Shown piece after piece: positions 38,201 through 50,400 of a stretch of 59,499 bases of DNA. Under the pieces are notes generated by a model. The model did no database searches and was not told the origin of the DNA. It saw only the letters and a program-made list of their open reading frames with translations. The DNA lies in contig DF237491.1 in NCBI GenBank assembly GCA_000708835.1, forward strand, positions 1-59,499, in the 5' to 3' direction. Source of the DNA: Klebsormidium nitens (taxonomy: Eukaryota; Plantae; Klebsormidiophyceae). The translations under genes were made by a program, and so were the position numbers. Position 1 is the first letter of the stretch; the number at the start of each line of letters is the position of its first letter.

Positions 38201-41200
38201 TCGGTTGAGAGGATAGCGGGGGCGTTTGATTATTGTTTCCAGAAAGGGTTCCTTCGAAGTGAATGTTGTCCGTGGTATCGCGGAAGTGGCGGTTGAACCT
38301 GACCTCACTCTTCAAGGGGGCCTCACAGAATTCACGCACGCCTCTTCCCGCTGGAAAGGTTTCTGTTCCACTTCATCAGGCCGGAAGGCCCTGCGTTGCA
38401 CACGGTGCACCGTCTGCAAACGGTTTCCGTCCTTCCGTTTGCAGGCATCGGCATTCCGCTGGCGGTGCAGCGGCGGCTCTTCGAGCCGTTCTTTCAGGCG
38501 GACTCGTCCATCACGCGCGAGTTTGGCGGCACCGGCATCGGGCTCAGCCTCAGCCGCGCGCTGGTGCGTCTCATGAACGGCAGCATCGCTTTCAGCAGCA
38601 CGCCCGACGTAGGGAGCACGTTCCAGGTGGGCACGTGTGCGGGTTTTGTGTGCTTGTACGTCAGAGATTGCAGGCTTCTGGATGTGGGAAGGGCGCACTG
38701 CAGCTTTGTTTGGGAGAGCAACCCCAGGTTCATCAGCCCATTGGCCAGGCCTGATCCATCTCAGATTACTCTTTAAGTCTTTCATGGCCGGGGCTCAATG
38801 TCAACATGAGGCCGTTCTTCTGTATGGGATCGTGCCTCCTCCTCGTTCCTGCAGGAAAAGTTGGATGTTTTCGGAGCGAGGTTGCGGGGGCCTCGGGTTT
38901 GTCGGAAGCTGTCGACCGTTGAGCCATCATCGAATCAGAACGTTACGGCGCCACCCCTCACTAGATTTGCGTCGGACTTCTCTTGATCCCTCTCCAGCAC
39001 CGCTGACGTCATTCCTTTTGTCCCTGCAGTTCGACGTGGAGCTGCGTGTCTGCGAGACGGGCGCCCAACGTAGCATGCCGCTGCGGCTGCAGTCGGCGCA
39101 GTCCGCACAGCTGGCCGGGGTGCGGATACTCGTCGTCGGGAATCACGCGGCACGCCGGGAGATCGTTGCAGCGCACCTCAGGCGGTAAGACGCCGCGGGA
39201 AAGCCGTTGGCCCGGAGCCAAGCCTTGATTCGATTGAGGGCCAGGTTGGCGTGCGTTGTCTCAGGACCTAGCCCCTGGTGATCCGAGTCGAGAGAAGGTC
39301 TCAGGGACCGGTATTGTATCGTTTATGAAACTCTAGAATGGGCGCGTACGTGTAATTGGAAAGCTCGAACGCCGACATGGACTCCTTTTGGGTTGGTTGG
39401 TTCAAAGCATCTCCGTTGTTGTATTCGTTCGGAAAAACAGTTCGCTAGTCCTGCCTACATCTTAGGATGGAACGAACTGGTCGCCAAGATGAATGTTTTC
39501 CGGGTTCTTCTGCGTAGCGTAACCCTCTGTCAACATGCGTCCTTTTACCTGACTTTGCGCTCATCTGTGCAGGCTCGATATGCAGCCCGTCGTGTCAGAC
39601 TCGAGCACCGCCGCCGACACCCTTGCCGCGTGTGTCGACTCCCCCGACCGCTTCCGCCTGGCGATTGTGGACGTTGAAGCGGTTGGGGGACATGACACCG
39701 CCCGGCAGATCGGGCAGCAGCTATCCACGGACTTGCGGCTGGCGGGCCGGCTAGGCCTTGTGATGGCCACGTGTCAAACCAGCGCGCAGCTGGAGGCGAA
39801 AGCCAAGTGGGCGGGTTTTGGACAGGTGAGGGGCCCGTTGAACAAGGTTCGAGAAGGAGAGCAATTTGGGTGGTAGTTGACAACAGTAAATATTCCTCTC
39901 TTTTAAGCAAGGAAGGATGTCAGCAAAGAGTATCACTGTGCATGAGAGTAGAGAACGAGAGTTACAAGATGCTATTTGGGTCTATCAGCCAAGAGTAACG
40001 TAAGCAGAAAGTAATTATCACGCACACGAGCAGAGGAACCAGCAAAGAGAATGCAGCTTCGAGCAGGGGCCGCAGTCTTTGAATCAAGTCGAATGGGTAA
40101 TTCGTCTGGAGAACATTCCGAAAGGGTTTACCTAACTTGATTTATTCCCCAACTGCAGGTTCTCGTAAAGCCGCTGCGCATGGGCACTGTAGAGGTGTGT
40201 ATGCTTCAAGCGTTGGGCGTGGCCATGAGCCGGCAGCGTTCAGCGACGCCCGACAGTGCGGGGGGGGCGCTGCGCATGTGGCTGCGGGGCAAACGAATCA
40301 TGGTCGTGGATGACATGCTGATCAACAGGTGAGCCGGTTCTCGACCCTTCTCGGCGACACCACAGGACACTTCAGATTGTCAGGTTAAACATAAGGTCCA
40401 ACCTTCTTATAACAAGTCTTGCTTCTAACGACATAGCTTACGGTCTTAGGACAAAACTTGGGTTTGTCCTTCTCCTGACGAAGCGTTTGACTTTTCCTTC
40501 CCCCCTGGTAGGAGTTGCACATTCCATGCCCCCCTCGAGAGCGGGTATACTTTCGCACCCTTCCCCCGTACCCCACCGAGAGAGTGCCCTTTTACTTTGA
40601 TCTGAACAACGTTTGATCACCCCCTTGCAGGAAAGTGGCGAGCAGCATGCTGCAGCGGTTCGGCGCAGAAGTGACCGCGGTCGGCGGCGGAGAGGACGCC
40701 GTGGAAGCCGTGCGGAAAGCGGGCGGAACGCCGTTCCACATGATCCTCATGGACCTGCAGGTGGGTTCACAGTGTCGAGCGCAGTTTCGACGCACCGGTC
40801 GTGATAGCATCGGTCGTCATTACATATCGGTTTGACATTATATTTTAGAAAGTTGGTTTCGGTCCCTTCGGCCAGTCCAAATGATGAGCGCGCTTCGTGT
40901 CACCCGTATTTTTAGTGCCGCCTTTACTGCGCCCTTCCTGGTCTACATTCTACACGAAGCCTGCTTCACAAGACGATCCCAGTGCGGCCTTCCCTGCATA
41001 ATGTCTGGTCCTAGAATCCTACACTAGTCTGCCTCACAAACTGCGCGCCAAGCCCGTTTTTGAAGCGCAGGGTTCGGGTACATTTTGCAGTCATCTGACA
41101 TTGACACGTGCACCATTGTATTTTGCAGATGCCCGGCATGGACGGCTTCGAGGCGGCGATGGCAATGCGGAAATTGGAGGCCGAAGCTCGGGGCTTGACG

Positions 41201-41837
41201 AATGGACACGTGTCCACTGCGGACGTCCGACAAGCGGACGGGCTAACGTCTGATGTCGTCAGCGCCAAGCCTGGGGCGGGTAGCGAGGACGGGGCTCAGG
41301 GAGTGCCGATCGTGGCGCTGACAGCTGACGTCATGGTACGTTGACTGTGCAGACTTTGCACTGTTGATTCAATTTTGATTGTGAGAGCGAGTATGCGTCA
41401 TGAGAGGGCTGCTACGTTTCTGCCCTTGAATACTGTTTGTCCTTTGCTGCTTGTGGACCAGTATGGATCTCGGTGACCCCTTAATCGGTGAGGGACGTGA
41501 CGTAGTTTTCTGCGTGCCTGCGAAACACGGCTTTACTGCAGAAGAAACGGCTTTGGGACAACCAACATGAAATGAATATTCACATGTTGACACTAATAGA
41601 CGGTACTCAATCGTCTGTTTTGTGCCCCTGGTACTTCAATAGTCTTGTCAGCGTACGTCGCCTGGCCTCCGGTGCTTGTCTCATTCCTGCTTCGCGCGTT
41701 TGCAGGAGGGCGTACGGGAGAAGTGCCTGGCGGCCCAAATGACGGACTACTTGAGTAAGCCGTTGGATCAGAAGCAGCTGCGGCAGGTGCTGACGCGCTT
41801 CTTCCCATTGAAGCAAGCGGAAATCAGCAAGCCTTAG
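29296..41837 (+). CDS. CHASE-domain hybrid histidine kinase (AHK2/3/4 cytokinin-receptor family architecture): TM-CHASE-TM-HisKA-HATPase-receiver-like-receiver; 21 exons, about 1155 aa
   Basis: Exons 29296-29415, 29635-29847, 30381-30557, 31453-31569, 32024-32097, 32649-32781, 33251-33357, 34278-34397, 34857-34980, 35433-35589, 36028-36235, 36623-36743, 37085-37566, 37975-38060, 38445-38626, 39030-39184, 39573-39825, 40159-40328, 40631-40760, 41129-41335 and 41706-41837 join with consistent phases. CHASE motifs ATAFQR, ARDCG.VGFTQP, IWIYDV. H-box [11 protein letters not shown]-box [11 protein letters not shown]-boxes EDTGIGIP and FGGTGIGLS, receiver [12 protein letters not shown]...IVALTA...YLSKP. 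Confidence 0.95.
32886..32990. repeat. Tandem duplication, 2 x 52-53 bp, intronic
   Basis: gtccaaagt(t)tgagaacaaacttctgtgactgtttgagttgagaagcggtcgt occurs twice in tandem, differing by one T. Confidence 0.9.
33443..33795. mobile_element. Non-autonomous TIR element (MITE), 353 bp, 3-bp TSD, possibly PIF/Harbinger-like
   Basis: Perfect 15-bp terminal inverted repeats gaggcgttttacatg (33443-33457) and catgtaaaacgcctc (33781-33795). Both are flanked by agt (33440-33442, 33796-33798). No coding capacity. Located in intron 7 of the CHASE kinase. Confidence 0.8.
35868..35908 (+). repeat. Intronic duplicate of the acceptor site and start of kinase exon 11
   Basis: acgtcacctttggtgtag|gcgtgacgaagttgctgctgggc matches 36010-36050 acgtcacctttggtgcag|gcatgacgaacttgctgctaggc at 37 of 41 positions. 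Confidence 0.8.
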
Positions 41838-44429
41838 CCTAACTTATTTGTCAAAGACCAGCGTGAGGGTCAGCATACTGGGTCAGAAAGGATCTCGGGT
41901 TTCATTTGATTGGGGTCTGCATATACCTATGCATAATTATAACTCATGCGTTTGGGCTACTCTTGCACTGGGACCGCCTTAACGGCGGAATCGGACCTGG
42001 TGTCAGAGGATTGGCTATACGAGCTGAGCGAGATTTGTAACACTAGCCGAGCCCCAAGTTTTCAAGGGCCTCGCAACTGAGCGGCCGTCAAAACATATTA
42101 AGGAGTGATGCTCCCTGTAGCTTGTAGATGATAGGCGCACCTTGCGCGTTGCATTGCTTCGTTCATCAGCCTCTGACTCTGGTCCATAGCTTGAGAAGGA
42201 TTCATATACGAAGCGTCAAGTTGTAAAGTATAATGGGCCCAGCGCGCTGCGAGACTGAGGTTCCACAGCTTGTGTATCTAAGGTGTTCTGGTTCGCAACC
42301 GACTGTTCAACTCCGACGGTGTCACAACCGTCCCGGTCAGCTTTCTGGCATCGGCCTTGCATTTAGCAACTCGCAACCCATCGAAGGGACGGTCATTTGA
42401 GGTCAGAATTCTCGCACGGCTTGCCGCATTGACAGCTTTCTAGAGTTGTGCTCAGCCGTTCATAATGGGGGCCCCATGCATGTAGATAGATTGATCGGTC
42501 TAGCTGTGTTCGGCCGTGCTGATCGAATGTATGTTAGACATGGTTCGCCAATTCTCAACAGGCCGGAGCATTCCACATTTGAGATTGCGGTACATGTTTC
42601 AGTCACGTCGTGCTTGGAAATGGACATGATCAAAATCGCATCCAGCACTCCGGTCAAATTAGTCGGTGGCGAATCGCCGAGGCGCGCGCGGGGCTTCGTT
42701 TGCAGACGGTCAATATACCCCGGCCCAATGATGACCGTTTGGAAGCAAGAGAATTGCTGCATGGCCCACCGGTGCAGCTAGCATGAAGCAACGGTCAATC
42801 CCAATTGGCAGCTAGCTATAAACGGTAGACATGCACCAAGTGCAGGACATGCCGGGTCGGATATAGTCGGCTGCATGTGAAGTAACTTAATCAGATCAAG
42901 CTGCGACCCTTGAATTTCAGAATGCCTCATGCACTCGATCGAGGCTTCGATCGTATTTTGTACTAAGCTTTACCCTTTCATGATGATCAACCAATGACGG
43001 TATCTTTGTGGCAAATTGTTGAATTGAGCACCTCTTATCCTTGAATATAAAGTAGTCAACACCTCATATAACCCTGCCCTCCAAGATCGCCTCCGTATAC
43101 TGGAGCCGAACGGAGTCGGATTGCAAACTGGGGTCCAACATATCGCTTTCATGCAGTGCGGACATGCCCAGTCGAGGACGGCCCTTCTACAAAAGGAGTT
43201 GGAGTGCGCCGAATGAAGCGGCTGATGTTCTGAGGCTGATTATCGAAGCCGACTTTCATTCTCCCCCCTCCCTGTATTTGCCAGAAGCCTCCAGAGTTAA
43301 GGGACCCGTCTGCTCGCGACGTCCTACTGCTTTGGTTCTATTGACCTGCCTTAGCCAGCGTTTATTGGCCAAGCCCCGTCTAGTTGCTCAAGAGACCTGA
43401 GCAAGAGCCTTGCAGAGACGAAGACGTGATCTTGGGCATTATCTGAGCACCGTGATAAGCATCCTGAGACACGGAACCCTGGCACACTAGTACCGAGTTC
43501 AGGTCTGGCCCTCAAGTCTACAACCGCTCATGATGCCTCCCGCGCGCGCTGCAAATGATTGCAATTCTCATCAACTTGAAGCTCAATGCACACTCGCTCT
43601 TCACGAGAAGCTCTCGCACTTGCGGCGCTGTCATTTGAACGGTCAAATGTTGTCACTTCGCCTCTGAAACTAACCGATAGATCTGATAGATAGCCAGCGT
43701 AATATACAGGTGCTTCCAAATAGCGCTGAAGCGTATTATGCATCGCTTCAACCTGATACCGGCAGTGCTAAGCCGCTTCATATCTGTGTTCTGCCCGACA
43801 GGCACCTGATTGTCCAATCGTTTTGAAGCAGTGTGCCGGCTGACCAGTAAGTACGACAGTAGTAAGTACGACGTTACTGGTGGGACTGTATGATTATGAG
43901 TGGATGTATTAGCATCAGAAAATTGAAGGAACCTGCAACGTCGTACTTCTTGTTTGCATCTCGAGGGCAGCTGTACGAGTGTAAGACTTAGCTCCTTGGA
44001 CCTTTGCTGGACCTTCCTATAATGTTCTGAAGCGAGATGCCGCGTGCGGGCATGAAATCTCCGTCTAGCGCGGCCGCCCTGCGCGGCGGCCGCCAGGTGC
44101 CGGCCGGCCGGCGCGCGCGTTATGCGCAAGTTGCTGGTCGATGGAGACGGCGACCGAGCGTGGTAAACACAGGTGAAATAGTCGCCCCTACCTGGGCGAC
44201 TAGAAGTGATCGGACCTCGGCGTTTACTTATTAAAACGGAAGCGGTGTCGCCAGGTTTCTTGGCGACCATGACATCCATCATCCAAGCTTTGCGCTCGCC
44301 AGTTCACTCATGTATGATCAGAGGGCTCAACAGAATCTCTGCAGCTTGTAATAATTGTAGGGGCGGGGCGGAAAGGTCTTGCTGCATGGGAGTTCAAGAC
44401 CTTTTGTGACACTTCAGCGCTGATCAAGC

Positions 44430-47400
44430 ATGGCGAAGAAGAAAGGTGGCGGACGTGGAGACGATGACGACGAGCACGACGAGGTTGAGGCGGCGGCTGC
44501 AGGGCAGCCTGCAGGTGGTAAAGGCAAGAAGAAGGGGAAGCGGGGGAAGGGGAGGGACGACTTTGATGACGATTTCAAAGTTGAGCCAGAGGAAGGGCAG
44601 GAAGGTCACGTAGCCGACGAGGGCGATGCTAATGAGAGTGTTGAAGGGAGTGCAAAGGGCGCAGTCCCTGCAAAGTCAGCTGCCGGTGGGAAGAAGAAGA
44701 AGGGCAAGAAGGGGCGCGGAAATGATGACTCTGATGACGACTTTGCTGTGCAACCAGAGGAGGAGGAGACCGAGCCTGCAGGTGCGAAGCAGGGGAAGAA
44801 AGGGAAGAAGGGGAAGAAGGGCCGAGGAGACGATGACTTTGATGAGGACTTCAAGGTGGATATTGAGGACGATGCATCTGAGGTTGCTTCTGAGGCCCCC
44901 TCTGCAGGGGGCGCAGTTCCCAAAGGGAGGGGCAAGAAGAAGGATAAGAAGAAGGGGCGCCGGGCGGGGGACTGGAGCGACGAAGATGAAGAGGAGGTGG
45001 CGCCAGCTAAGAAAGAGGCACCTCCTGCCAAGGCCAAAGCTGGCGCAAAGAAGGCGGCGTCTACTTTTGCGCTGTTGAACATTGATGACGAGGATGAGGA
45101 GGATGAGGAGGAAGAGGAAATTCAGAAGCCAGCGGCAAATGGGAAGGCAAAGGGTGGGGCTGGGAAAAAGGCGGTGTCGTTTGCTGCACTTCAGGACGAA
45201 GAGAGCGATGAGGAGGAAGAGGTAAGGCGGCGACCATTTATGCTCGCATAAACCCTTACTTATTGAACCCTCACTCTGAGCAACTTTCGGAGTGGTGCAC
45301 ATTTTGTGAGCTTTGGATTCGTTTGGCAATGTTGTGGATACTCAGTGTTACTGCATAGATTATCTGCCTCTACGAGCAGCATCTGCAGAACTTCTTGGCA
45401 TTTTGGTAATGGTTTGCTTGCACGAAAGATCAATCTGGACATTAGATGCTGAGCAGGGTTCAGCATTTCAAGGGTTTCTGAGAGTTTTTAGACATGATCT
45501 GGTGGCGAATGGCAATCTCTAAGAGATCTCTTTGAACCTGGTCCTCATCCTCTATGACGGACCCCTGCATGGATCAGACTGGAGCGCGCATTAGTGCTTT
45601 TCCTCCTTGTGAGGTCCCACCATTGGATATGTTTTTTGTGCTTTGAAAGCGGCCTTTGAAGCACCAATCCCCTGTTGCAGCCCCGCTTCAAGCAGAGACA
45701 TGGACATTGAATTCTCCAGCTTATGGAGGAACTTTCCGCAATTGCGCATTGGAGCTCTTTAGTGACCTTCGAGATCAGAGCCTGTTGTGTTGGTTTCTGC
45801 TTTTCCTATCAAACCCTTCGCAAGCCTTCCCTTTAGATGGGGAAGTATCTGATTGCTCGTTTATTGCGTTCTTTCAGGAAGCTCCGAAACCCTCCAAGAA
45901 ACTGAACGGTTTCGCCGGTTTATCGCTGGAGGATACAGAGGATGACGCAGAACCGTGCCTAGTGGTCGGCGAAATTGAGTCCGTTGAGAAGATCAAGAAG
46001 GCAGACAAGTTGCGGCTGTGCCATGTCAACGTCGGCTCGGACGAACCCCTACAGATTGTGTGCGGAGGGAAGAATGTGAGGGAGGGGTTGAAAGTGATTG
46101 TGGCGCGGGTTGGGAGCAGAATACCGTCAAGCGGGATGCTGATTCAGAAAACCACGATCAAGGGGGTGGAGAGCTACGGGATGATCTGTGGGGCGGCTGA
46201 GATGGGGTGGGAAGGCCCTGCTGACGAGGCGATCGAACTGGGGGATGAGGCGGCAGTAGGGGAGAAGGCGTCGCCGACAAGGCCTCTTCGTGAAGAAGAG
46301 GACGAGGAAGCGGTTTCGTTTTCAGGGTTGAAGAAGAAGGTTGCGCCGAAGGTGGGTGAGATGGAGCAGGGCTCGCATGAAGAGCTGGTGTTTGCAGGGA
46401 AGAAGAAGAAGAAGGGGGGAAAGCCTGCGCCTGTTGTGGAAGACGAGGAGAGCGAAGAAGAAGCGCCGGTGTTTGCGGGGAAGAAAAAGAAGGGAAAGAA
46501 GGAGGCCCCTAAGCCGGTGGCGGATGAAAAAAACGGGGAGGATGAAGAGGAGAGTGCAGTCTTTGCCGGGAAGAAGAAGAAGAAGGGAAAGAAGGCGCCC
46601 TCGGACGATTTTGACAAGGACTTTGAGGTCGAGCCGGAGGTACCCGCTGAAGAGGAGGAGGACGAGGGGGTTGTTTTTGCGGGGAAGAAGAAAAAGAAGG
46701 GGAAGAAAGCACAACACGACTTTGACAAGGACTTTGAGGCCGATGCGGTCGAGCCTGCGGAGGAAGAGGACAGCGAGGCGGTGGTGTTTGCGGGGAAGAA
46801 GAAGAAGAAGGGGAAGAAAGCTGCCCAAGACGATTTTGATAAGGACTTTGAGATGGAAGACAGTGCGGGAGCGCCCGAACCTGCGCCGGTCGCAGCGCCG
46901 GAACCGATGGTTGTGGAGAAGAAGGGGAAGAAGGGCAAGGACAAGAAGGAGGACGAGGACATTGAGGCGCTTCTGGCCCAGTTGGAGGCGCCTAAGAAGG
47001 AGGACGTGAGTAACTTTGGATTGGACCGAATCTGGAAGGAGCGCTTTCCTCCGTCTTGAGATTGCACATTTCTGGCTTGCTGGGGCTTTGCGAGCATCCT
47101 AAGTCACAAAGCCCGTTGAACTTCGTTTTGCCCTTTAGGCTCCTTTTCAGAGGCCAATGCTGTCTGATTTCATATCGGAGCGCTCACTTTTCATTTTCAT
47201 TCAAAAAGTGTGGTTTGAAGGAGCAGAGTGTGTGCACAAACCGTTTGTGTAATAGTTGGTGACAAGTGAAGCAGAACGCACGGGATTGATCGAGCCTGCT
47301 AGCTGACCACGAGCAGGTGAATGCTGCATCGAACGTTGTTGTCTCACTTGATTGTTGGTCACCGCAGGAGGAAGGCGCCGGGTCGAAGAAGAAAAAGAAG

Positions 47401-50400
47401 AAGGGCAAGAAAGGCAAGGACGAAAAGGAAGAGGAAGACATCGACGCCATTCTGGCGGAGCTTGAGGGGCCCAAGAAGGAAGAAGCGCAGCCAGCGCCAG
47501 GTGTTGCGCCTGCTCCTGCCGTTGAGGAGACTGGGCCTTCGAAAGCGGAAGAGGCTGAGCTGTCTGCGGCGGCGGCCGGAGAAGGGGAGGAGAAGGAAGG
47601 GGATGAGGGGCTGTCTGCGGCGGCAAAGAAGAAGAAGAAGAAGAAAGAGAAGGAGAAAGAGAAGAAGTCGGCCGACAAGGTCAGTGGCAGACAGGCTGTG
47701 CGCAACGGAGGCCATTTCGCAAGCTCTAGCCAACCGAAAGTAGTGCTCTGGTGGTGCTGTGACCACCGATTGTTGCCTGTAGTTTTAAGTTCTGTACTAT
47801 CACCTTTCCTGTCTGCTGTTAGGACCTCTCTGCTTCGGTTCTGGAAACGGCAAGCGCGTCACATCTGGTAAGGCTCAAAATGGAGCAGGGACACCAGCCT
47901 GCATGCTGCATTGTTGAATACAGAAACTGCTTGGGGATGCCTCGTCTGATGCCGTGACCTTTTCTCACAGGCTGCCGTGGTTGAGGACGAGGGCGCCAAA
48001 GAGGAGGAGGCGAAGAAAAAGAAGGCTGCCGCGGATAAGAAGCTGCCGCTGCACGTGCGGCAGATGCAGGAGCGGTTGGCCAAGCTTCAAGCGGAGGAGG
48101 AGCGCAAGAAGAAAGAGGAGGAGGAGCGGCGGCGCAAAGAGGAGGAGGTGAGGGGCTATGCGATACCACTTTAGGGTGTTCTAGAGTGCTGTGGCCTGAA
48201 GCCTGAAGATAGGACATGTAGATTCTTAGGTTTTGTTGTTGAGAAGCAATGAGGTCTCCTGGAGAAATACCCTCACCTCAGAGGCGTTTTAGGCTTGGAG
48301 GGTCCGGAAACGAACGGCTTTCGGAGGCCAGAGCTTGATTGTGAGTCCAGATGCAGCGCGTGCCGTTGCTGCAGACATTCGCTTATGTCTGTGACGAACT
48401 GTCAAGCAGTATGTGTGGCTGTATGTGTAGAGTGAGAAAGGTTCCTCGACACAGGTTTATGAGAGTGGCATGCAGTTTGTGTTGGGCCCGTCAATCTTGC
48501 GCTGGTCTGGTGGGTTGTGCGACTGGTTGATTGGCGTTTGTCTGTTCCCTACAGGAAGCTGCCCGGCTGGCTGAGTTGGAACGGCAGAAAGAGGAGGCCA
48601 AGTTGCGAAAAAAGCAGAAAGAAAAGGTGCGTGAGATTGCTTCCAAGCTTGCCTCAGTTAGGTGTTCACGGTTTAGCTGCGTTTGGCTTATCTTAGTTTG
48701 ACACATCGTTTGCGCGCCTGTTGCTCAAATCAAGATTACTCCTCTTTCGTCTCCGCTTCAGTAGAGTTGTCAGTCCCAACCCTGCTTCTGTAGTTTCAGC
48801 CTACTCCCTCTTCTGTAGCCCACGGTGTCCATGTCTTTACGATTGTACGAAAGTCCTCGTTTGCCGTTCGTTCTGCACAAGTCGGTGTGCCACTTGCCTA
48901 TCCCGTCTATTCACCACATGTCTCGTTGGCCATTCCGCAGGAGAAGCGCGAGCAGCTGAAGAAGGAGGGCAAGCTGCTGACGGGCAAGCAGAAGGAGGAG
49001 GCCAAGCGGCTCGCAGCGGTGCGCGAGCAGATGCTCAAGCAGGCAGGGGTGAAGCTCGACGGGGACGAGGCCGCGCCCAAGAAACAGAAGGTAAGCGGGA
49101 TGATACAGAGCATCGGCGGGTTGCATCTTCTTCCTGTGAAACCCGAGACAGTCGTAAATCACTGTATAGTACCCTTTTGGTGATCAGGCAGTGTAGAGCT
49201 GCGTGGCTGTCGGTGCGGCATTGTGGCGTCTGAGCTTTGTCTCACGGACTAAAGCTGTTTCTGTGCGCTGTTGATGCACGGGGTCCAATCGTGATTGTCG
49301 ACCCAAATTGCGTTCACTCCAACCAATAATCCTTTGAGTGAACGGTGTGTTTCGTTTGGTGTGGTATGCCAGTGTACCTTTTTTTGTAAGATCCGCCCGG
49401 AGTTTTAAGATCTGAACCCGATTTCGCCGCACAGGTGGTGTACGGCACCAAGAAGTCTCGGCAACCGTCCAAGCAAGCTGCGGAAGCAGCGCCCAAGGAG
49501 GTCTCCCCGGAACCGGTGCCGGCCCCCGAGCCAGAGCCAATGGAAGAGGAGGCGCCGGTAAGCTGAAGTTTCTTTACATTCACAACCCTTTGCTACAGTT
49601 GTGGGCTGCAAGATTCGGGGCGTCTGTTGCAAGTTGCTGTGAACAGAAGCTCCAAAACCTGTTTGCTCTTGCTCTGCAGTGCTTGTCATTTGTTGCAATT
49701 GTGTGATGATAGGTTTGCACTATAGAAAGCAGCCTCGAACGGGCTTACTAGTCAAGACCGCTCTGTTTGCATTCTCAGTCTCATGTGCATCTTCAGCAAC
49801 CCCTTTGCCCGCCGTTGTACTTCCCCGCTTTCGTCCAGCCCTTCCGCTATTTGAGGACTCTGTGCTGATCCTTCTTCCACGTGCATTAAGCCTGGGATAA
49901 GTAACAGTCTTGCAGGGCCCGGTGAATTTGCTGCACGTAAACAAAATGGGCAGGAATAGTTGGTCAATGGGCGCTCAATCTGCGTCGTGTCGACATGCAG
50001 GAGCCTGTCCAGGAGGAGGTTCCGGCGGAGAAGGTCCCCGAACCCCCGGCAGAGGAGGAAGAGTCGGAAGAGGAGGACTGGGATGCCAAGAGCTGGGACG
50101 AGGCAGAGGTTGACAAGACGCTCAAGAAGACGGGGGCGTTCAGGGACGAGGTGAGGGGCGTGCAGTGGCCGGCAATCAATCAGGATCTGCGCGGTTCAAC
50201 TTAAAGAGGGACGCCGGACTACGTTGCTGTGGATTATGCTGGCAATATTCTGCAGAAAGGGAAGACTTCGGGTTTGATTGTATCCCGAGAGAAGCTGGGT
50301 GGTAGCAGCTGCTTCTGCTTTGGACGGATGTCTGGTCTCAGCAAGTGCAAGTAGCCTGTTCTTCTCCTTTACTGCTTGCCTTTGAGGGTCCAACCTTTGA

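Noticed and set aside
44179-44202. 9-bp hairpin tagtcgccc-ctacct-gggcgacta upstream of eIF5B
   Set aside because: Too short to be distinguished from chance, and it lacks a matching Helitron 5' end or RNA-gene context.
46174-47097. Long minus-strand ORFs (also 44606-45082, 44676-45329, 2216-2926, 21863-22525)
   Set aside because: These are antisense shadows of GC-rich, low-complexity exons on the + strand; their Phe/Ser/Leu runs simply mirror Lys/Glu codons.
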